DNA of 64,000 nucleotides, taken from positions 18,738-82,737 of the forward strand of contig JAAYCN010000030.1 of NCBI GenBank assembly GCA_012729755.1, written 5' to 3'. The notes under the pieces are model-generated. The model was not told the origin of the DNA. It saw only the letters and a program-made list of their open reading frames with translations, and did no database searches. Position numbers and translations under genes: made by a program. Source of the stretch: Chloroflexota bacterium (GTDB taxonomy: Bacteria; Chloroflexota; Anaerolineae; Anaerolineales; Anaerolineaceae). The number at the start of each line of letters is the position of its first letter. Position 1 is the first letter of the stretch. Positions 41,531 to 52,138 of this stretch are shown piece by piece.

Positions 41531-42750
41531 AACACTGGAACAATTTGCTGCGTTTCATGCCAACTTTCATCATCTCGCTGCTTCTGGCGATGATCGTTTG
41601 GGTCGTTGCGGTCACCACGACGGACCCCAACACCGAGGTAACCTATACCAACTCAATTACTGTCAAATTGCTTGGTCTTGACCCCCAGCTGGTTCAAACC
41701 GGCGCGGTCACTGACAAAATCAGCGTCACCATCAATGCCCCAGAGTCAGTTCATCAGCGCCTCGCAAATGACCCATCCCTGATTCAGGCGGTCGTGAACC
41801 TCTCCGGGCTTGGCGCGGGCACACATGAGCTTGAGCCGGTCATCTCCATTTATACCAGCCCCACAAAAGTCACCCGTGTCACTCCAGAGACGCTGACCTA
41901 TCATCTCGAAAACCTGATCACGCGCAATTTTGACATCGAACTCCGCCAATCAGGCATTCTCAGCATCGGATATGAGGTTCAGCCTTTCAAATCTGAGGTT
42001 ACCTCCGTTCAGGTTACCGGCCCTGAGAGTTTAGTTACGCGGGTCAGCCGCGTAGTCGGCCAGGTATCCATGACCAACCTGGTAGCCAACACCAACCAGA
42101 TCATCGAGCTTGATCCGCTCGATTCACGTGGTGTTGAGGTTGCTGGTGTCAATCTGAACCCGATCCGCATCGCCGTAGACGTTCCTATTCGTCAACTGGC
42201 AAACTACCGTAATGTCGTGGTTAATATTGTCACTACCGGCCAGATTGCCCGCGGTTATTTTCTGACCGGCATCACTGCCAACCCGCCCAGCATCACGATT
42301 TATGGTACTGATCCTGAAATCGCGCAGAACATGCCCGAATATATCGAAACTATGCCTGTTGACCTGACTGGCAAAAACGAACCATTCGAGACCAAAGCCT
42401 CATTTAATATCCCCGAAGGGATCGATATCGTTGGCAACCAGGAAACCACCATTTCAGTTGGGATCGCTGCCCGCATGGATACAATCCAGGTGCTCGACGT
42501 GCCTATTCAGGCTGTCAACCTGCCCACAGGGCTTAAATACGCGATCACCCCGTCATTGGTTGATATTTATGTCTCCGGTCCGATGATTTTGCTTGAACGA
42601 ATCAGCAGCGGCAGCGTCAAAGTTACCGTTGACCTTGCCGGCCTGACCCCAGGCACCTACATGCGTCAGCCCATCGTCACCATTGACGATCCAAATGTCC
42701 GTGTCGACTCTATCACGCCCGCCTCAGTGGAAGTGCGCATCACCCGCTGA
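41527..42750 (+). CDS. cdaR: CdaR / YbbR-domain regulator of CdaA
   Basis: ATGA overlap with cdaA. N-terminal TM followed by repeated YbbR-like beta-rich modules. 407 aa. Confidence 0.85.
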   Translation: MKHWNNLLRFMPTFIISLLLAMIVWVVAVTTTDPNTEVTYTNSITVKLLGLDPQLVQTGAVTDKISVTINAPESVHQRLANDPSLIQAVVNLSGLGAGTHELEPVISIYTSPTKVTRVTPETLTYHLENLITRNFDIELRQSGILSIGYEVQPFKSEVTSVQVTGPESLVTRVSRVVGQVSMTNLVANTNQIIELDPLDSRGVEVAGVNLNPIRIAVDVPIRQLANYRNVVVNIVTTGQIARGYFLTGITANPPSITIYGTDPEIAQNMPEYIETMPVDLTGKNEPFETKASFNIPEGIDIVGNQETTISVGIAARMDTIQVLDVPIQAVNLPTGLKYAITPSLVDIYVSGPMILLERISSGSVKVTVDLAGLTPGTYMRQPIVTIDDPNVRVDSITPASVEVRITR

Positions 42751-42775
42751 TCAGACAAGACCACAGGAGATAATC

Positions 42776-44161
42776 ATGCATAAACCTGTCATCGTGCTCG
42801 TCGGTCGTCCTAATGTGGGCAAGAGCACGCTTTTTAACCGCCTGGTAGGCGAGCGCCTCGCGATAACCGATGATGTGCCGGGCACTACTCGTGACCGCCT
42901 GGTCGGCGAAGGCGATTGGGCCGGTCATGATTTCTTTGTCGTCGACACCGGCGGCATCGATCCAACCAAACAGCGTGCCCAACAGCCGCTTTCGATTGGC
43001 TCGAAAGAATTTGTTCAGGACATTCGCACCCAGGCCGAAGTTGCCATGGAAGAAGCGGATGTGATTTTTTTCATTGTTGATGCCCAGGCTGGCGTAACTC
43101 AGGCTGATATCGAGATCGAACAAATCCTTCGCCGTCGTCAAACCCGTGTCAACGGAGAAGCCTTCCCTCCCATTCTGCTCGTTGCCAACAAAGCCGACAG
43201 CGAATCGGCCCGACTGAACGCCATCGATTTTTATTCGTTGAGTCATGGTGACCCCTATCCGATTTCTGCCATCCACGGCACTGGCACAGGCGACCTGCTT
43301 GACGCTGCGGTTGCGCTCTTCCCGCATAAGATCGACGAAGAAGTCGAGGACAATTCGATCAAGGTCGCCATCGTTGGCAAGCCCAACGCTGGCAAGTCCA
43401 GCTTGTTAAACAAATTAGTCGGCCAGGAACGTGCGATTGTCTCTAATATTCCGGGAACAACGCGTGACGCCATTGACACAACCATCAATTTCGAAGGCCA
43501 GGATGTCACCTTAATTGATACCGCTGGCATTCGCAAACGCGGTTCCATTGTGCCCGGTGTAGAAAAGTTCTCTGTTCTGCGGGCAATGCAAGCCATCGAA
43601 CGCTGCCACGTGGCGCTTCTGGTTATCGATGCCACAACCGGCATTACCGCTCAGGATGAACATATCGCCGGTTTCATCCAGGAAGCCCGCAAGAGCGTAA
43701 TTCTCATTGTCAATAAATGGGATCTTGTCGAAAAAGACAGCTACACAAGCATCGCCTTTGAAGAAACCGTCCGCCAACAACTCAACTTCCTGCCGTACAT
43801 TCCCATTCTGTTTATTTCTGCAGAGACAGGCCAGCGCGTCAATCAGGTACTGCCCCTGGTGAAAAAAGTTCAGGAACAGCGCCTTTTGCGCATTGGCACC
43901 GGCCCACTCAACCGCATTCTCCAGGAAGCCCAAGACCTTCACCAGGCCCCGTCAGGCACCGGCAAGCCTTTCCGCATTTATTATGGCACCCAGGTGCGCG
44001 TGGACCCGCCCACCTTCATGCTTTATTGCAACAACCCCACTCTCAGTCATTTCACCTATATGCGCTTTCTCGAAAACCAAATTCGCAAAGAGTTCCCCTA
44101 CACAGGCACGCCCATCCGCCTGGTACTCAAAAAAAGACAGCGCGAAGAGCACGAAGTCTGA
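42776..44161 (+). CDS. der: Ribosome-associated GTPase Der (EngA)
   Basis: Two G domains (GRPNVGKSTLFNRL and GKPNAGKSSLLNKL) plus a KH-like C-terminus. ATG 42776 with GGAGA RBS is preferred over the upstream ORF start. Confidence 0.95.
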   Translation: MHKPVIVLVGRPNVGKSTLFNRLVGERLAITDDVPGTTRDRLVGEGDWAGHDFFVVDTGGIDPTKQRAQQPLSIGSKEFVQDIRTQAEVAMEEADVIFFIVDAQAGVTQADIEIEQILRRRQTRVNGEAFPPILLVANKADSESARLNAIDFYSLSHGDPYPISAIHGTGTGDLLDAAVALFPHKIDEEVEDNSIKVAIVGKPNAGKSSLLNKLVGQERAIVSNIPGTTRDAIDTTINFEGQDVTLIDTAGIRKRGSIVPGVEKFSVLRAMQAIERCHVALLVIDATTGITAQDEHIAGFIQEARKSVILIVNKWDLVEKDSYTSIAFEETVRQQLNFLPYIPILFISAETGQRVNQVLPLVKKVQEQRLLRIGTGPLNRILQEAQDLHQAPSGTGKPFRIYYGTQVRVDPPTFMLYCNNPTLSHFTYMRFLENQIRKEFPYTGTPIRLVLKKRQREEHEV

Positions 44162-44203
44162 GAAAGTGGTAAGATAAGCCCTCAACAGTGCTGAGAGAAT
44201 ATA

Positions 44204-44800
44204 TTGGACAAATTAACTTCACATACTACCCCAACCCAGATCGAGCCTTCTGAACAAACGCCGCAGAAAAAAGAAAAAGGCCTTGTTGCGGAAATGTTTG
44301 AGACGCTGCTGATGGCTGTCTTGATCTTTGTTGTTATCAACACACTTACCCTGCGAGTCAAAGTGATTAATTTCAGCATGCGCCCTACGCTCGATCAGGG
44401 GTATTACCTGCTTGTCAACCGCCTTGCCTATCGCTACGGCGTGCCCAAACACGGCGAAATCGTCATCTTTCATCATAATGGCGACAATACCGAAGATTAC
44501 ATCAAACGCGTGATCGGCGTTCCCGGCGATAAAGTAGTCATTAACCACGGTGAGGTCAGCGTCAATGGCAAGGCCCTCTATGAACCTTATCGTGCTGATC
44601 AGGGGAATAGTATGGGAGAATGGGTTGTCCCCGAAGGTGAGTATTTTGTGCTTGGCGACAACCGCAACCATTCTTCGGATTCTCGCGATTGGGGCTTCGT
44701 TAAGGACGAGTGGCTGGTCGGAAAAGCCTTGTTAGTCTATTGGCCCTTCAACCAGGCTCGCCTATTAACCACCCCAAACCAGTTTATCGAAGCCCAATAA
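44204..44800 (+). CDS. lepB: Signal peptidase I
   Basis: MRPTL (Ser box variant), YIKRVIGVPGD, and GDNRNHSSDSRDWG. TTG start as listed in the ORF track. Confidence 0.88.
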   Translation: MDKLTSHTTPTQIEPSEQTPQKKEKGLVAEMFETLLMAVLIFVVINTLTLRVKVINFSMRPTLDQGYYLLVNRLAYRYGVPKHGEIVIFHHNGDNTEDYIKRVIGVPGDKVVINHGEVSVNGKALYEPYRADQGNSMGEWVVPEGEYFVLGDNRNHSSDSRDWGFVKDEWLVGKALLVYWPFNQARLLTTPNQFIEAQ

Positions 44801-44877
44801 CTGTTATTAACGAGATTCATACGCCATGAACGCGCCACAGCACACAATTATTTTGATAAGTCCGTATAATTAGTGAT

Positions 44878-45180
44878 ATGCGAACAACACTGCCAGCCAA
44901 CCCCGAGACCTGTCCTCGTTGCTTTGTAGGGCGCATTGAGCGCGTCAAAGCGGTATTGACCCGCGTGGTCAATAACCAGGTGCTCAGTGTGCCCGACTTT
45001 CCAGCCTGGGAATGTGATGTCTGTCATGCCTTTATGTACGACCCCCGCGCGTTGCTCGAACTGCAGCAGGTTCTAACCGCTAAACCCAGCCATCCAGTTC
45101 GCAAAACCCTGCGCACGGCCAAGTCGGCTTCCCCTGAGGCAAAGCTTAAGAAACCTGCCAAGCTCAATCGACTTCCTTAG
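44878..45180 (+). CDS. YgiT-type zinc-ribbon protein with a basic C-terminal tail
   Basis: CPRC...(33)...CDVC arrangement, 100 aa, Lys/Arg-rich tail. Confidence 0.6.
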   Translation: MRTTLPANPETCPRCFVGRIERVKAVLTRVVNNQVLSVPDFPAWECDVCHAFMYDPRALLELQQVLTAKPSHPVRKTLRTAKSASPEAKLKKPAKLNRLP

Positions 45181-45321
45181 CAATCTCACATTTTTTCGCA
45201 TATTAAAACCTTATCAGATTTGCTGAAATTAGTTGCATTTAGCTATTTGTAATGCTATTATTTTAACAGTTGAAATTATTTCCAGTTTTATTCTGGCACT
45301 TTAAAAAGGAAGGTTTTTTAT

Positions 45322-46380
45322 ATGACTGCCGTGTTATTATCCAGAATCATTGGCCTTATCATTTTTGCTCTTATTGGTTTTTTTACCGGCAAACCAATTC
45401 ACAACTATCTGGCGACTGTTTGGTCTCAGTCCGCTATGTTTAATCCGGTCATCACTGTCATTGTGACGGTGGTGCTTTTTGGGTTAATCGGCTTTATTAT
45501 CACCCCTTATATCTCAGTTAAACCAGTTCAGGCTCTTCGTCGAGTTTTCAGCAAATCCGAACCGCAAATTCTGATCAGCGGCATCGTTGGCTTGATTGTC
45601 GGCCTCGTCATCGCCGGCTTATTGTCTTATCCATTTTCATTGCTGCCGAAACCAGTCGGTCAGATCTTACCGTTTTTCGGCGTTGTCTTGTTTGGCTATC
45701 TCGGAGCTTTGCTTTTCACCCTAAAAAATGAGGAGTTTTCCAACTTCTTTAAAGGCGTCAGAAGCCGCAAGTCGTCCCCCGCGGAAATAGAACGCAAGAT
45801 TCTGGTCGATACCAGCACGATCATTGACGGGCGCATCGCCGACATCGCTAAAACTGGTTTTCTGGGCGGCTCACTGGTCGTCCCCCGTTTTGTGCTCAAC
45901 GAGCTCCAATACGTCTCTGATTCTGCCGACAGCCTGCGCCGCCAGCGCGGACGGCGCGGCATCGATGTTTTGGCCGAACTGCAAGCTGACCCTTCCATCC
46001 CGGTTACCATCAGCGACGTCGATGTTGACGGTGTCAAAGAAGTGGATGACCGTCTGGTCGTGCTTGCCCGCCAGATGCAATGCCCCATCCTGACCAACGA
46101 CTATAATCTCAATCGTGTCGCTGAGATTCAAGGCGTGCGTGTGCTCAATGTAAACGATCTGGCCAACGCGGTCAAGGTTGTCATCCTGCCCGGCGAATCC
46201 TTCAGGATTCGCGTGATTCAAGAAGGCAAAGAATTTAATCAGGGCGTTGGTTATATGGATGACGGCACCATGGTCGTCATCGAGAACGGCCAACGCTATC
46301 GGGATCAGGAAATCAACGTCACCGTGACCAAAATTCTGCAAACCTCTGCCGGCCGCATGATCTTTGCCAAACCCGACTAG
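45322..46380 (+). CDS. PIN/TRAM-domain membrane protein (YacL-like)
   Basis: Four N-terminal TM segments, a PIN-like region ILVDTSTIIDGRI...VVPRFVLNELQ, and a C-terminal TRAM-like beta region. Confidence 0.85.
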   Translation: MTAVLLSRIIGLIIFALIGFFTGKPIHNYLATVWSQSAMFNPVITVIVTVVLFGLIGFIITPYISVKPVQALRRVFSKSEPQILISGIVGLIVGLVIAGLLSYPFSLLPKPVGQILPFFGVVLFGYLGALLFTLKNEEFSNFFKGVRSRKSSPAEIERKILVDTSTIIDGRIADIAKTGFLGGSLVVPRFVLNELQYVSDSADSLRRQRGRRGIDVLAELQADPSIPVTISDVDVDGVKEVDDRLVVLARQMQCPILTNDYNLNRVAEIQGVRVLNVNDLANAVKVVILPGESFRIRVIQEGKEFNQGVGYMDDGTMVVIENGQRYRDQEINVTVTKILQTSAGRMIFAKPD

Positions 46381-46390
46381 GAGGAATCAA

Positions 46391-47803
46391 ATGACCCTGC
46401 GCATTTACAATACCCTTACCCGCACCAAAGACCCCTTCACCACCATCGAACCCGGCAAAGTACGTCTGTATGTCTGCGGCCCAACCGTCTACGCGGAAGC
46501 GCACATCGGTCACGCCATGTCGGCCCTCGTGTTCGACATCGTGCGCCGCTACCTCGAATGGTCAGGTTATGAAGTAAATTATGTCATGAACTACACCGAT
46601 GTGGACGACAAAATCATCAGCAAAGCTAATCAGTTGGGCGAAGACCCCTTCGCGCTCGCTCAGCGATATATCGATGATTACGCTCAAAATCTTGCTGATC
46701 TGAACGTGAAGCCTGCTACGCTCAACCCGCGCGCCACTCAGGAAATGGACTGCATCCAAAACATGATTGCCCGCATGCTCGAACAGAATCGTGCTTATGC
46801 GGTCGATGGTGATGTGTATTATCGAGTCGCTGCCGATAAAAACTACGGTCAGCTATCGGGTCGTAAGCTGGAGGATATGAACGCTGGTTCGCGCGTTCAG
46901 GTTGACGACCGCAAAGAAAACCCCATGGATTTTGCCCTGTGGAAGTCCGCCAAACCCGGTGAACCCGCCTGGGACAGTCCCTGGGGTAAAGGCCGGCCAG
47001 GCTGGCACATTGAATGCTCGGCTATGAACTATCATCATCTCGGCGAACAAATTGACATCCACGGTGGTGGAAACGACCTGATCTTCCCCCACCATGAGAA
47101 CGAAATCGCCCAGACCGAAGCCATTACCAATAAGCAATTTGCGACTTTCTGGATGCATAACGGCATGCTCACCCTCAAGAACGAGAAAATGTCAAAGTCG
47201 CTTGGCAATATCATCAGCATCAAAGAATTCCTCTCCCAACATCCAGCCGACGTCATGCGTCTGTTGGTGCTCAGCGGTTCCTATCGTGGTCCGCTGGTTT
47301 ATGGTGAAGACGTCTTGAATCAGGCCGAACAGGTGCTCAAGCGTCTGCTTGGCGCCAAGAAACCAGCCGATCCAGACGCCCAGGGCTTATCCGCAGATCG
47401 CGACCAACATCTCAAAGATACCGCCGCAAAAACAGCCAGCGCCTTCAAAGAAGCTATGGATGATGACTTCAACACCTCTGGCGCCCTGGCGGCTATTTTC
47501 GAGCTGGTCAAGGCGATTAACCAGGCTCGTTCCGACGGCGCGACCTCAGCACAGCTCGCCCACCCAATATCAGTCTTTAACGAATTCACCGGGGTTTTGG
47601 GTCTTAAGCTCGAAGAGCCGTCATCAGCTGGCGCCGAGTCCGATGCGAATGCTTTCATCGACCTGTTGGTAAAACTGCGCTCAGACCTGCGTGCTGAAAA
47701 AAACTGGGCTCTGTCTGACAAGGTGCGTGATGGTCTTAAATCGCTCGGCGTGGTGATCGAAGATCACAAAGACGGCTCCAGCTGGAGTTGGGAGCGCAAT
47801 TGA
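46391..47803 (+). CDS. cysS: Cysteine--tRNA ligase
   Basis: HIGHA and KMSKS motifs. [17 protein letters not shown]-terminus with GGAGGA RBS. Confidence 0.95.
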   Translation: MTLRIYNTLTRTKDPFTTIEPGKVRLYVCGPTVYAEAHIGHAMSALVFDIVRRYLEWSGYEVNYVMNYTDVDDKIISKANQLGEDPFALAQRYIDDYAQNLADLNVKPATLNPRATQEMDCIQNMIARMLEQNRAYAVDGDVYYRVAADKNYGQLSGRKLEDMNAGSRVQVDDRKENPMDFALWKSAKPGEPAWDSPWGKGRPGWHIECSAMNYHHLGEQIDIHGGGNDLIFPHHENEIAQTEAITNKQFATFWMHNGMLTLKNEKMSKSLGNIISIKEFLSQHPADVMRLLVLSGSYRGPLVYGEDVLNQAEQVLKRLLGAKKPADPDAQGLSADRDQHLKDTAAKTASAFKEAMDDDFNTSGALAAIFELVKAINQARSDGATSAQLAHPISVFNEFTGVLGLKLEEPSSAGAESDANAFIDLLVKLRSDLRAEKNWALSDKVRDGLKSLGVVIEDHKDGSSWSWERN

Positions 47804-48534
47804 GAGAGTGGATCACTGGCCGCAATCCGGTTTATGAAGTGCTGCGTGCCAGGCGGCGCCAAATCTTTCGGTTGGTGTTAGCTCAGGGCAACCGCCCTGA
47901 AGGCCAGGTGCCGCAGATTCTGCAAATGGCCCGCGAAAGACGCTTGCGCGTCGAAGAAGCCCCTCGTGACAGGCTCGACAATTTGGGAATCAACCATCAG
48001 GGTGTCGCGCTGGAAACCAGCGGCTATCCCTACGCCGCTCTTGAAGACCTCATCGCTAACGCCCAGTCCAAAATCGAACCGCCTTTTTTTCTGTTGCTCG
48101 ATCTGATCCAGGATCCCCAAAACCTCGCCACCCTGCTGCGCACCGCCGAAGCGATGGGCATTCATGGCGTTGTCATCCCTGCTTCCAAAGCTGCCCAGGT
48201 CACCCCGGCCGTTGTCCATTCCAGCAGCGGCGCCTGCGAACATCTGCTCATCGCTCAATATAACCTCGTGCAGGCCATGGAACGCTTTAAGCGGTTGGAT
48301 GTCTGGGTCTATGGGCTCGACGAAGACCAGCGGTCGCGCACGCCCGACCAACTTCGCCTGGACAGCGGCTGCGCGCTGGTAGTCGGCAACGAAGGATCAG
48401 GCTTGCGCGAGCTCGTCCGCAAGCGCTGTGATCAGCTGATGAAACTTCCCATGTTTGGCCAGATCGAATCGCTCAACGCCGCCGCCGCGGGCTCCATCGC
48501 GCTTTACCTCGCCCGTCAGGCGCGCGGAAAATAA
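47788..48534 (+). CDS. rlmB: 23S rRNA (guanosine-2'-O)-methyltransferase RlmB (SpoU/TrmH family)
   Basis: GRNPV.E.L, LVVGNEG.G and ESLNAAAAGSIALY motifs. The start codon is uncertain and overlaps the end of cysS. Confidence 0.85.
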   Translation: MGAQLREWITGRNPVYEVLRARRRQIFRLVLAQGNRPEGQVPQILQMARERRLRVEEAPRDRLDNLGINHQGVALETSGYPYAALEDLIANAQSKIEPPFFLLLDLIQDPQNLATLLRTAEAMGIHGVVIPASKAAQVTPAVVHSSSGACEHLLIAQYNLVQAMERFKRLDVWVYGLDEDQRSRTPDQLRLDSGCALVVGNEGSGLRELVRKRCDQLMKLPMFGQIESLNAAAAGSIALYLARQARGK

Positions 48535-48545
48535 TCTGTTTACCG

Positions 48546-49076
48546 TTACAGCAGAAATACCACGCCCAGCCACAACACTACCATCACCCCTGCCATCCCC
48601 AGCCTGACAATCGCCGCGGTACCCCAGCCAACCACCCAGCCTTTGGTTGACTCGACCGCTTCTTTTGAATCTTTTCCACTGCGATAGTATTCGAGCAGAT
48701 AAAGCAGCAGCAAAGAAAGCGCTAACCCTCCCAGCGGGGTGACAACAATTCCCCCGATCACCATACACAGCCAGGCCAGGCCCACCTCCCACCAGGGAAT
48801 CTTCCGGGCAAGGGTGTTGCGTGCCATCAACACGTTATCAATCAATCCGCCGACAATCATAATGACCGTATTGATCACAAAAATACCGACTGTCAGACCA
48901 AATTGCCAGGGCTGATGACTGTGATTAAACCCGCTGTAGATCGCCCAAACCAGCTGTCCCAACCACACAATTGTCAAGCCGGGAAAGAAGACCAAAAAAA
49001 GGCTGATCAGGCCGCTCAGATTGAGCAGCAGCGAGATCACAAAAATGATCCAATAGATGATCGCGTCAGTGCTCAT
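48546..49076 (-). CDS. DUF456-like small membrane protein
   Basis: 176 aa with four or five TM segments. Family assignment is from memory of its topology and sequence style. Confidence 0.6.
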   Translation of the reverse strand: MSTDAIIYWIIFVISLLLNLSGLISLFLVFFPGLTIVWLGQLVWAIYSGFNHSHQPWQFGLTVGIFVINTVIMIVGGLIDNVLMARNTLARKIPWWEVGLAWLCMVIGGIVVTPLGGLALSLLLLYLLEYYRSGKDSKEAVESTKGWVVGWGTAAIVRLGMAGVMVVLWLGVVFLL

Positions 49077-49078
49077 GC

Positions 49079-50350
49079 TTAGGCTCTAATTACTTCAATG
49101 CCGCCCATTAATGGTTTCAGCGCGTCAGGGATTACCACCGACCCGTCGGCCTGCTGGTAAGTTTCCAACACCGCGATCAAAGTGCGTGGCAGGCCCAAAC
49201 CTGAGCCGTTCAAGGTATGCACAAAACGCGTGGCCGAGCCATCCGCGGGGCGATACTTGATATTGGCGCGTCGCGCCTGGAAATCCCCCACATTTGAGAC
49301 CGAAGAGACTTCCAGCCACTCGCCACTGCCTGGCGCCCAGACTTCGAGGTCATATGTTTTATGCGCTTTAAAACCGAGATCTCCCGTTGATTGTGCCATC
49401 ACCCGATAAGCCAATCCTAAACCGGCGCAAGTCGCTTCCGCATCCGCGACCATCCTGTCAAGTTCCCTCGCGCTCTCTTCAGGCAGACAGTACTTATACA
49501 TCTCAACCTTATCGAACTGGTGTCCGCGTTTAATTCCCCTCACATCCCGGCCGGCGCTCATTTTTTCACGTCTGAAACAGGCGGTATAGGAAGTCAGATT
49601 AAGAGGCAGCGCTGTTTCATCGATAACCTCGCCCATATAGATGCCGGTTAGCGGAACTTCCGCGGTTGGCACCCACCAAAAATCTTCCTGGTGATCATGA
49701 TAGAGATTGTCAGCGAATTCAGGCAGCTCGCCAGCAGCGTACAATATTTCTTCCTTGACCATCCACGGGCTATAGATCTCGTGATAACCTTGCTTTAAGT
49801 GCAAATCTATCATCCAGAAAATCAACGCGCGCTGCAACCTCGCCCCTGCGCCTTCCAGGTTATAAAAACGTGAACCTGACAGCTTAACGCCGTTCTCAAA
49901 ATTGATAATGCCTAAAGCCGGGCCTAATTCCCAGTGAGGTTTTGGCTCAAAGTCAAACTGCTTTTTCTCGCCAACGGTGCGTACCACCACGTTGTCCTTA
50001 TCGCTCTCGCCCAACGGTACATCATCATCAACCGTATTCGGGATGCGCGACATGACGTCTTTTAAGTCAGCCTCAACAACCCTCAGTTGATCATCCAATA
50101 CCGCAATCTTTTCACCCAGTGTGCGCATGGCAGCGATCTTAGCCTCACGTTCCACCGAATCCTTTGAACGCCCGATTTCCTTTGAGACAGCGTTTCTTTC
50201 TGCCTTACGGGCTTCTACATCCAAAATCAAAGTTCTGCGGGATTCATCCAATCGAATCACCTCGTCAACCATTGACGGGTCAGAATGCCTTTTGATTAAT
50301 GACGCTTTAACTGTCTCAGGTTCTTCTCGGATGAATTTCAGGTCTAACAT
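49079..50350 (-). CDS. serS: Serine--tRNA ligase
   Basis: MLDLKFIRE N-terminal coiled-coil arm, class II motifs (FRRE, GSGLGLPR-type). Confidence 0.95.
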   Translation of the reverse strand: MLDLKFIREEPETVKASLIKRHSDPSMVDEVIRLDESRRTLILDVEARKAERNAVSKEIGRSKDSVEREAKIAAMRTLGEKIAVLDDQLRVVEADLKDVMSRIPNTVDDDVPLGESDKDNVVVRTVGEKKQFDFEPKPHWELGPALGIINFENGVKLSGSRFYNLEGAGARLQRALIFWMIDLHLKQGYHEIYSPWMVKEEILYAAGELPEFADNLYHDHQEDFWWVPTAEVPLTGIYMGEVIDETALPLNLTSYTACFRREKMSAGRDVRGIKRGHQFDKVEMYKYCLPEESARELDRMVADAEATCAGLGLAYRVMAQSTGDLGFKAHKTYDLEVWAPGSGEWLEVSSVSNVGDFQARRANIKYRPADGSATRFVHTLNGSGLGLPRTLIAVLETYQQADGSVVIPDALKPLMGGIEVIRA

Positions 50351-50476
50351 GTTGCCTCTTCAGGGATTTATTATGGTTTATGTCCCTGTTCTGGCTTATT
50401 TTACTCGTTTTTGAGTCCCAGAGGCTCCCTTGTTCACCATACAGGCCAATTCCAAGAAACGGCTATAATAAGGACG

Positions 50477-51040
50477 ATGAAAATTTTACGGTTATTTTTC
50501 TTTAGTCTGCTTTTGTTCACCTGGCTGCGGAGCGAACCTCAATACACTGTGTCAGCAGTTAACACGCTTCCGCAGGATAGCACACCGGAGCCCATATACT
50601 ATGGTGTGATTGTGGCAACGCCCAATCCGGACGGCTCCATTTATCACATCGTGGTCTCAGGCGATACGCTCGATGCAATCTCAAGAGCCTATGGTGTGCC
50701 AGCCCAAACTATTCAGGCTCAAAGCGGTAACAGCCCCGATGCCACTGAGCTTTATATTGGCAACATTCTCATCATCCGTTTCCCCAACACAGCTACGCCA
50801 ACCAACCAATTTCCTCCCACGCCGACTCGTCTGACGCCGACACCGACCATTCCTCGCCCAACGCGCACGCCCCTGCCGACGCGAACGCCCTTACCGACCA
50901 ACACACCGACCCCAACCGTTCCTGCCTATTACAACGTGGTCGGCAACAGCCGCCAGATTGGTCTGGTCATAGCTGGGATCAGCTTCATTGGGCTGATTCT
51001 GGTGATCGTTTTCGGCTTCTTTAAGAAATCCAGGTTTTAG
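50477..51040 (+). CDS. LysM-domain protein with a Pro/Thr linker and a C-terminal TM anchor
   Basis: Signal peptide MKILRLFFFSLLLF, LysM (HIVVSGDTLDAISRAYGV), a PTPTRLTPTPTIPRPTRTPLPT linker, and a hydrophobic C-terminus. Confidence 0.8.
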   Translation: MKILRLFFFSLLLFTWLRSEPQYTVSAVNTLPQDSTPEPIYYGVIVATPNPDGSIYHIVVSGDTLDAISRAYGVPAQTIQAQSGNSPDATELYIGNILIIRFPNTATPTNQFPPTPTRLTPTPTIPRPTRTPLPTRTPLPTNTPTPTVPAYYNVVGNSRQIGLVIAGISFIGLILVIVFGFFKKSRF

Positions 51041-51118
51041 CCAAAACAGCTGTTTTCACACTTCACGCCACCACTGTTACCCAATCAGTTTTTTCTTGAA
51101 CAGGAACCCTTTACCACC

Positions 51119-52138
51119 TTGACCGCCAAACCGCTTTTGCTGCCTGAACCGCCTGAGATCCCTGGGATAAGTTTTCATAATTACCAAAGCGAAAAGGATC
51201 TCGAAAACATTCTCCTCGTCTGTAATCGCTTGTATGAATTAGGCATCCATGAAGGTGGTCTGGAGCTCGATGAACTCAAGAACGACTATGCGCACCTCAA
51301 CAATTGCGACCTTGCCCGTGATTTTCTGAGCGTCAGCTATCATAACCAACCTGCCGGGTATATCAGACGTTATTGGGAAAACCTGATTGCCGAAGAAACG
51401 CGCGTGCATATCAACATTCTCTGGATGCTGCCTGAGTGGATGGACTCTCCGGTTGGCGATTACCTGATCAGTTGGGTCGAAGCGCGAGCCAGCCAGACAT
51501 CCGCGGATTTGCCACCGTTGACCGGAGGGAACCGTATTGAATTTTTGGCTCCTGAGACAGACAAAGCCAAATTGAAGTTGCTTGAACGACATGGCTATCG
51601 ACCTCTGCGATATTATTTTGACATGAGTCGTTCACTCGAAGGCGAACTGCCCGATCACCCCCTGCCACCAGGTCTGGAAGTCAGGCCAGCGCTTTCGAGC
51701 CAGCTGAGGCAGATCTGGGACGCGTCCATAGAGGCTTTTAAAGACGAGTGGGGTTCAACAGAACTGACTGATGAGAATTATGCCCAATTTCTAAACGATA
51801 AGACCAACCATCCTGAACTGTGGCAGGTCGCCTGGGAGGATGACCAAATCGCCGGCATGGTCATGAACTATATCAACCTTGCCCAAAATGAGCAGGAGCG
51901 CCGCTTCAGGGGCTACACCGAAGGCATTAGTGTGCGCCGGCCCTGGCGCGGCAGGGGCCTGGCTTCCGCCCTGATCTGCCGCTCCATGCGCATGTTCAAG
52001 GCGCTCAACATGACCGAGGTCGCCCTCAGTGTCGACGCTGAAAACCCTTCAGGAGCATTGGGCCTCTATACGCGCCTTGGCTATCAAACTTACCTCACCA
52101 AAATCAACTATGCCAAAAATTTGCCAGAGGCATCATGA
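51119..52138 (+). CDS. Double-GNAT acetyltransferase (MshD-like architecture)
   Basis: 339 aa. C-terminal GNAT motif A VRRPWRGRGLASAL...LGLYTRLGY. TTG start as listed. Confidence 0.78.
   Translation: MTAKPLLLPEPPEIPGISFHNYQSEKDLENILLVCNRLYELGIHEGGLELDELKNDYAHLNNCDLARDFLSVSYHNQPAGYIRRYWENLIAEETRVHINILWMLPEWMDSPVGDYLISWVEARASQTSADLPPLTGGNRIEFLAPETDKAKLKLLERHGYRPLRYYFDMSRSLEGELPDHPLPPGLEVRPALSSQLRQIWDASIEAFKDEWGSTELTDENYAQFLNDKTNHPELWQVAWEDDQIAGMVMNYINLAQNEQERRFRGYTEGISVRRPWRGRGLASALICRSMRMFKALNMTEVALSVDAENPSGALGLYTRLGYQTYLTKINYAKNLPEAS

Noticed and set aside
44878-45180. The YgiT-type zinc-ribbon protein as an MqsA-like antitoxin of a toxin-antitoxin pair.
   Set aside because: There is no MqsR-like or other small toxin ORF adjacent on either side, and no HTH domain is evident in the C-terminal half, which is only a basic tail.
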